Below, one piece after another: positions 60,323-64,000 of a DNA stretch of 64,000 nucleotides; the first letter of the stretch is position 1, and each line of letters starts with the position of its first letter. Location of the stretch: positions 118,593 through 182,592 of the forward strand of contig JAKFBS010000008.1 of NCBI GenBank assembly GCA_036677065.1, written 5' to 3'. Source of the DNA: Bdellovibrio sp. GTDB taxonomy: Bacteria > Bdellovibrionota > Bdellovibrionia > Bdellovibrionales > Bdellovibrionaceae. The notes under the pieces are model-generated. The model searched no databases. It worked only from the letters and a program-made list of their open reading frames with translations, and was not told where the DNA came from. Position numbers and translations under genes: made by a program.

Positions 60323-61497
60323 GACGGCACAGCCTCACACAGAAGACCTAAAACCATATTCTCAGTCGTTGATGTTTGTGGAGCGTGATCGCCGTAAAGC
60401 ACGAACACATCACCAGAAGATTTTTGAGTTGCCGTGTTTTGCACGTTGAATGAAATCCATTCAGTTTGAAAATCTAATAAGCCATTTAAATTATCAGTGC
60501 CATTTTTAAAGGGAACAGCTTTATTACTAAGACATGATTCAGCTTTAACTAATTGGCCTTTTGCAGGAAGGGCAGCTGGTTTTGATAAAGCGATTTTTAA
60601 ATCAGCTTCAGTGATTGCTTGTTTATCGTAAGCTGCAACTTTACAGCGTGTTGGTCTGCGGCCATCCGGAGTTTGCGGATCGTCTTCAGACACTAAGCCT
60701 GCAATGATAAAGCTTTGTAAAAAAGTTTGAAATTCTGTTTCAGAAACTTTTTTATCGTTAATCATGAACGACTGCTCAGGAGCAGAAAAGCCACTTACTT
60801 TTAAGCGGGCCGTGCCTCTTTGGTCAATTTGGCCGTACTTTAACGAAACATTTTGTTCAGTCAGGGCCGAAAAACTAAAGTTAGCTAAATTTACGCTCGT
60901 TGAAACTTTGATCGACATATTTTGTGAAAACAAACCCATATCTAAACTATCACCAGAGCTTGCGATCTCAACACTTACAGGTAAAGTGACTGTGGTTCCC
61001 TTTTTTTCGGCGTGAGCTTTAATAACGCCCGTAGCTTTGATGTGGCGCATGCGGTATTTTTCAATAAAGCCTTCAGTTTTAAAAACGATCGACATTGTAA
61101 AGCCGCCAACAAATTTTTCAGGTGTTTGTTCGTCTGTGATCACTGAAACCGACATTTCTAACGGACAACGTTCGCCAGAAATTTTTAGATCAAAAGTTTT
61201 AAGCTCAGTTGTTACGCCGTCTTTTTCAACCACAACTAATTGCGGCTCTTCGGTTTTAGTTGTTTGGCAGTCTTCAAGCTCATTCGCGATATCATCAGCA
61301 GCTTGTTCAGCTGACGGAGTCAACTTTGCCGGCTCTTCGTTAAAGCCAGAAATCTGCGTTTTTTCTGCAACGATTTTATCAATCGCTCCCATTAAGGTAG
61401 ATAAGTTTTTTGTATCAGGCGAGCTTTGAGAAAAGCCATGAAGTGGAATAAGCAGAACCGCTAATAAATAACCGCACATAGAAACTGAATTTCTCAT
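60313..61497 (-). CDS. Secreted hypothetical protein
   Basis: Signal peptide from Met 61497; beta-rich with paired Cys. Confidence 0.7.
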   Translation of the reverse strand: MRNSVSMCGYLLAVLLIPLHGFSQSSPDTKNLSTLMGAIDKIVAEKTQISGFNEEPAKLTPSAEQAADDIANELEDCQTTKTEEPQLVVVEKDGVTTELKTFDLKISGERCPLEMSVSVITDEQTPEKFVGGFTMSIVFKTEGFIEKYRMRHIKATGVIKAHAEKKGTTVTLPVSVEIASSGDSLDMGLFSQNMSIKVSTSVNLANFSFSALTEQNVSLKYGQIDQRGTARLKVSGFSAPEQSFMINDKKVSETEFQTFLQSFIIAGLVSEDDPQTPDGRRPTRCKVAAYDKQAITEADLKIALSKPAALPAKGQLVKAESCLSNKAVPFKNGTDNLNGLLDFQTEWISFNVQNTATQKSSGDVFVLYGDHAPQTSTTENMVLGLLCEAVPSCK

Positions 61498-61618
61498 TGA
61501 AAGCCTACCTTCGTTTGTATACCTATTTTTACGAAAGCAAAGTCGGTTATTCAATCAGAATACGCTGCACACAAGGGTATTAATGGTTACCCAAGTGAAT
61601 GCACAGCAAAAGCGCTTA

Positions 61619-63388
61619 TTATTTTAGCACGATATCGTCATTCAGAACCTGCGTCAGCTGTTCGGCACCCTGGCGCGAAATGCTGATCATCTGCTTTTCG
61701 TCATGTCTGATCAGATGTTGTTCGATAAGCATACTCTCATCATGCAGTTTAAATTTATCCGTTAAACGATCGGCGTGGTCGCGCTTGTAGCCAAGTTCAA
61801 CTAACATTTCTTTTGAAAGTTCAACAGCGGCATCAAAAGTTTCACGTTTGATAAAAGTAATTCCTAGATCACGTAATTGAAAAGCGTGGTCACGATTGCG
61901 GGCCCGCGCCAGAATTTTTAATTTCGGAAATTGTTCAGTGATAACTTTTGCAGCTTCAATACTTGATTCAACATCATCAATGGCCAAAATTAAAAGTTTT
62001 GCATCTGCAGCGCCGGCTTTTTCTAAAAGTTCTGCGCGCGAAGCATCACCGTAATAAACTTTGGTGCCGAATTTTCTTAACAGCTCAATTTGTGCCGGGT
62101 CTAATTCTAACGCCGTAAATGGAATGCCTAAAGAACGTAAAATACGGCCACAGATTTGCCCGAAGCGTCCGTAACCTGCAATAATCACATGATTATTGTT
62201 GGTATCGATTTCATCAAACTGAACATCTTTCTTTTTTCGATTGTTCAGATTAGCCAAGATCTTTTCATTAAAGGCTAAAGCAATCGGGCTTATAACCATT
62301 GATAATGTGACAATCAAAACTAACATCTCGACAGTTTCTGCAGGTAAAAAATTAATCTTCAATGTTGAAGCAAAAATAACGAAGGCAAATTCTCCGCCTT
62401 GGGCAATGGTTAAGCTCATGCATTTTGAGCTGTCGGCTTCAAGACCTAACACGCGGGCTGAAACAACAATTAAAAATCCTTTTACAGCTTGGTATAATCC
62501 TGTCAGGGCCAAAATTAATAACGGCGAAGCCACAAGTAATGAAATGTTCACAGACATGCCGACCGAGATAAAAAATAAACCCATTAATAAACCTTTAAAC
62601 GGTTCAAGATCGACTTCTAATTCGTGGCGGTATTCTGAATCGGCTAAAAGGACTCCGGCCAAGAACGCTCCAAGCCCCATAGATAAACCCAAGTGATGCA
62701 TCCACATTGATACACCCAGCACGATAGCTAAAGTGATCGCTGTGAAGATTTCGCGATTATGAATTGAGGCCACCATTCGAAGCAGCGGACGCATCAGGTA
62801 ACGACTGATTAAAACCAGCACGATTACAGTGCCGATAAACCAAAGCGCTGTCCAGCGGGTCAAGGTAGAATCACCAACGGCTCCGCCCAATAAAGGAATT
62901 AACGCCAAAGCGGGGATAGCGATAATATCTTGCATCAGTAAAATCGCAAACGCGGTTTTACCGGGAGTAGTTTGCAATTGTTTACGTTCAATCAGGGTTT
63001 GCATCGCAAAAGCTGTTGAAGATAGCGATAGCGCAAAACCAATCACCATAGATTGAGTCCAGGTTAAACCAAAAAATTTAACGATTAAGCCTAAGCCCAA
63101 GGTGCAAGCTAAAATTTGTAAACCGCCAAAGCCGATCAGGTCTTTACGCATGCTCCATAATTTTTTCGGCTGCAATTCTAACCCGATAATGAACAATAAA
63201 AACACCACGCCAAATTCAGCAAAGCCTGCAACGCTATTTACATCTTTGATCACACCCAGGGCGTGTGGTCCGATAATAAAGCCCGCTGCTAAGTAGCCAA
63301 GAACTGAACCCAGCCCCAGTTTATGAAATATTGGAACAAGTAAGGCAGATAAAGAAAGATAAATTAAAGCAGGCGTGATTAAATCCAT
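61619..63388 (-). CDS. kefC: KefC/KefB-type CPA2 potassium efflux antiporter
   Basis: LGLGSVLGYL, SEYRHELEVDLEPFKGLL, AQGGEFAF, IAGYGRFGQ, YYGDA. Confidence 0.9.
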   Translation of the reverse strand: MDLITPALIYLSLSALLVPIFHKLGLGSVLGYLAAGFIIGPHALGVIKDVNSVAGFAEFGVVFLLFIIGLELQPKKLWSMRKDLIGFGGLQILACTLGLGLIVKFFGLTWTQSMVIGFALSLSSTAFAMQTLIERKQLQTTPGKTAFAILLMQDIIAIPALALIPLLGGAVGDSTLTRWTALWFIGTVIVLVLISRYLMRPLLRMVASIHNREIFTAITLAIVLGVSMWMHHLGLSMGLGAFLAGVLLADSEYRHELEVDLEPFKGLLMGLFFISVGMSVNISLLVASPLLILALTGLYQAVKGFLIVVSARVLGLEADSSKCMSLTIAQGGEFAFVIFASTLKINFLPAETVEMLVLIVTLSMVISPIALAFNEKILANLNNRKKKDVQFDEIDTNNNHVIIAGYGRFGQICGRILRSLGIPFTALELDPAQIELLRKFGTKVYYGDASRAELLEKAGAADAKLLILAIDDVESSIEAAKVITEQFPKLKILARARNRDHAFQLRDLGITFIKRETFDAAVELSKEMLVELGYKRDHADRLTDKFKLHDESMLIEQHLIRHDEKQMISISRQGAEQLTQVLNDDIVLK

Positions 63389-63431
63389 CCTTGAAGTATA
63401 GAAAGAAATCTAGCTAAAATGGAAGGTAATT

Positions 63432-63770
63432 ATGCCACATATTCGTATTCGCTCCATGACCGATTCAGATGTTAAAAACCTAAGCCGTGTTTTACCAAAA
63501 GAACTTTCGCAAATCATGAACACGCCCGAAGAAAACTTCACTGTTGAAAAAGTTCAGACGGTTTTTTATCGTGACGGCGTCATCGTGCCTGACGGCCTGG
63601 GTGATCCGATGATTGAAATTCACTGGTTTGATCGCGGCGCTGAGATGAAAGCTGTAGCTGCAAAGAAAGTGACTGAACTTGTGCGCGGGTTTTCGAAAGC
63701 AGAATATACCGCTGTGTTGTTTTTTGATCTGCCTAAAACTGATTATTTTGAGAATGGCGAACACTTTTAA
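63432..63770 (+). CDS. DUF1904-family (tautomerase-like) protein
   Basis: MPHIRIR, IEIHWFDRG, DYFENGEHF. Confidence 0.85.
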   Translation: MPHIRIRSMTDSDVKNLSRVLPKELSQIMNTPEENFTVEKVQTVFYRDGVIVPDGLGDPMIEIHWFDRGAEMKAVAAKKVTELVRGFSKAEYTAVLFFDLPKTDYFENGEHF

Positions 63771-63804
63771 AAATAAAAAAGGCGACTAGAGATAGTTTTC
63801 CATG

Positions 63805-63842
63805 ACCCACATCTTTTAAGCAAGGTGTGGGTTTTGTTTTTT
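63805..63842 (+). terminator. Intrinsic terminator
   Basis: ACCCACATCTT/AAGGTGTGGGT stem (one G-U) followed by TTTGTTTTTT. Confidence 0.75.
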
Positions 63843-64000
63843 AAATCCGTCTATCGGATATATCTTTGCCAGCTACCAATAACAGCCCTCTAACCTGCGC
63901 CAGGTTCTTGCTTTTCGTTAGTTCATCGAAAGGCTTGGGTATGGGTCACACACAATTGCATTTTACAAAAACACATTGGCGGTTTCGCTATAACCATGGC

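Noticed and set aside
63803..63948. TGACCCA...TGGGTCA long-range inverted repeat as REP element or structured RNA
   Set aside because: Only 7 bp, one arm overlaps the terminator, and context is truncated at the window end
1..64000. Short 60-150 aa ORFs nested in or antisense to long genes; tRNA, rRNA, CRISPR, riboswitches and IS elements
   Set aside because: Nested ORFs are shadow frames without RBS or motifs; no RNA gene, regular repeat-spacer array or transposase was recognised by eye (Infernal/tRNAscan not run)

Overview
Chromosomal window from a predatory-type Bdellovibrionota bacterium (Bdellovibrio/Pseudobdellovibrio-like), inferred from MAT-like fibre adhesins, a TIGR02147/DUF4423 regulator, sigma-28 promoters and many signal-peptide proteins. 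In order it holds: a 1,222-aa secreted protein with an atypical kinase-like core, a RoxA-like di-haem cytochrome, a secreted tandem AhpD-like protein, a hybrid two-component pair, a divergent arginine cluster (argHG / argCJBFR, ARG boxes, no argD), two paralogous mosaic fibre proteins (the second coupled to an NHL-propeller partner), a Zn/Mn uptake operon headed by a RAPP-motif leader, an orphan DnaA paralogue, an L,D-transpeptidase-like protein, a ~14 kb CsoR-type heavy-metal efflux region (one complete CusCBA and one RND/TolC set with no adaptor gene), a three-gene secreted metzincin operon and kefC. No rRNA, tRNA, CRISPR array, transposase or integrase was recognised. The most notable observations are start codons lying 6-12 nt behind sigma-28/sigma-54/sigma-70 promoter motifs (candidate leaderless mRNAs), the orphan DnaA, the secreted kinase-fold protein, the fibre-tip/partner pair, the adaptor-less RND system and an unannotated 48-aa ORF. 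All family calls come from motif recognition by eye, not from database searches.
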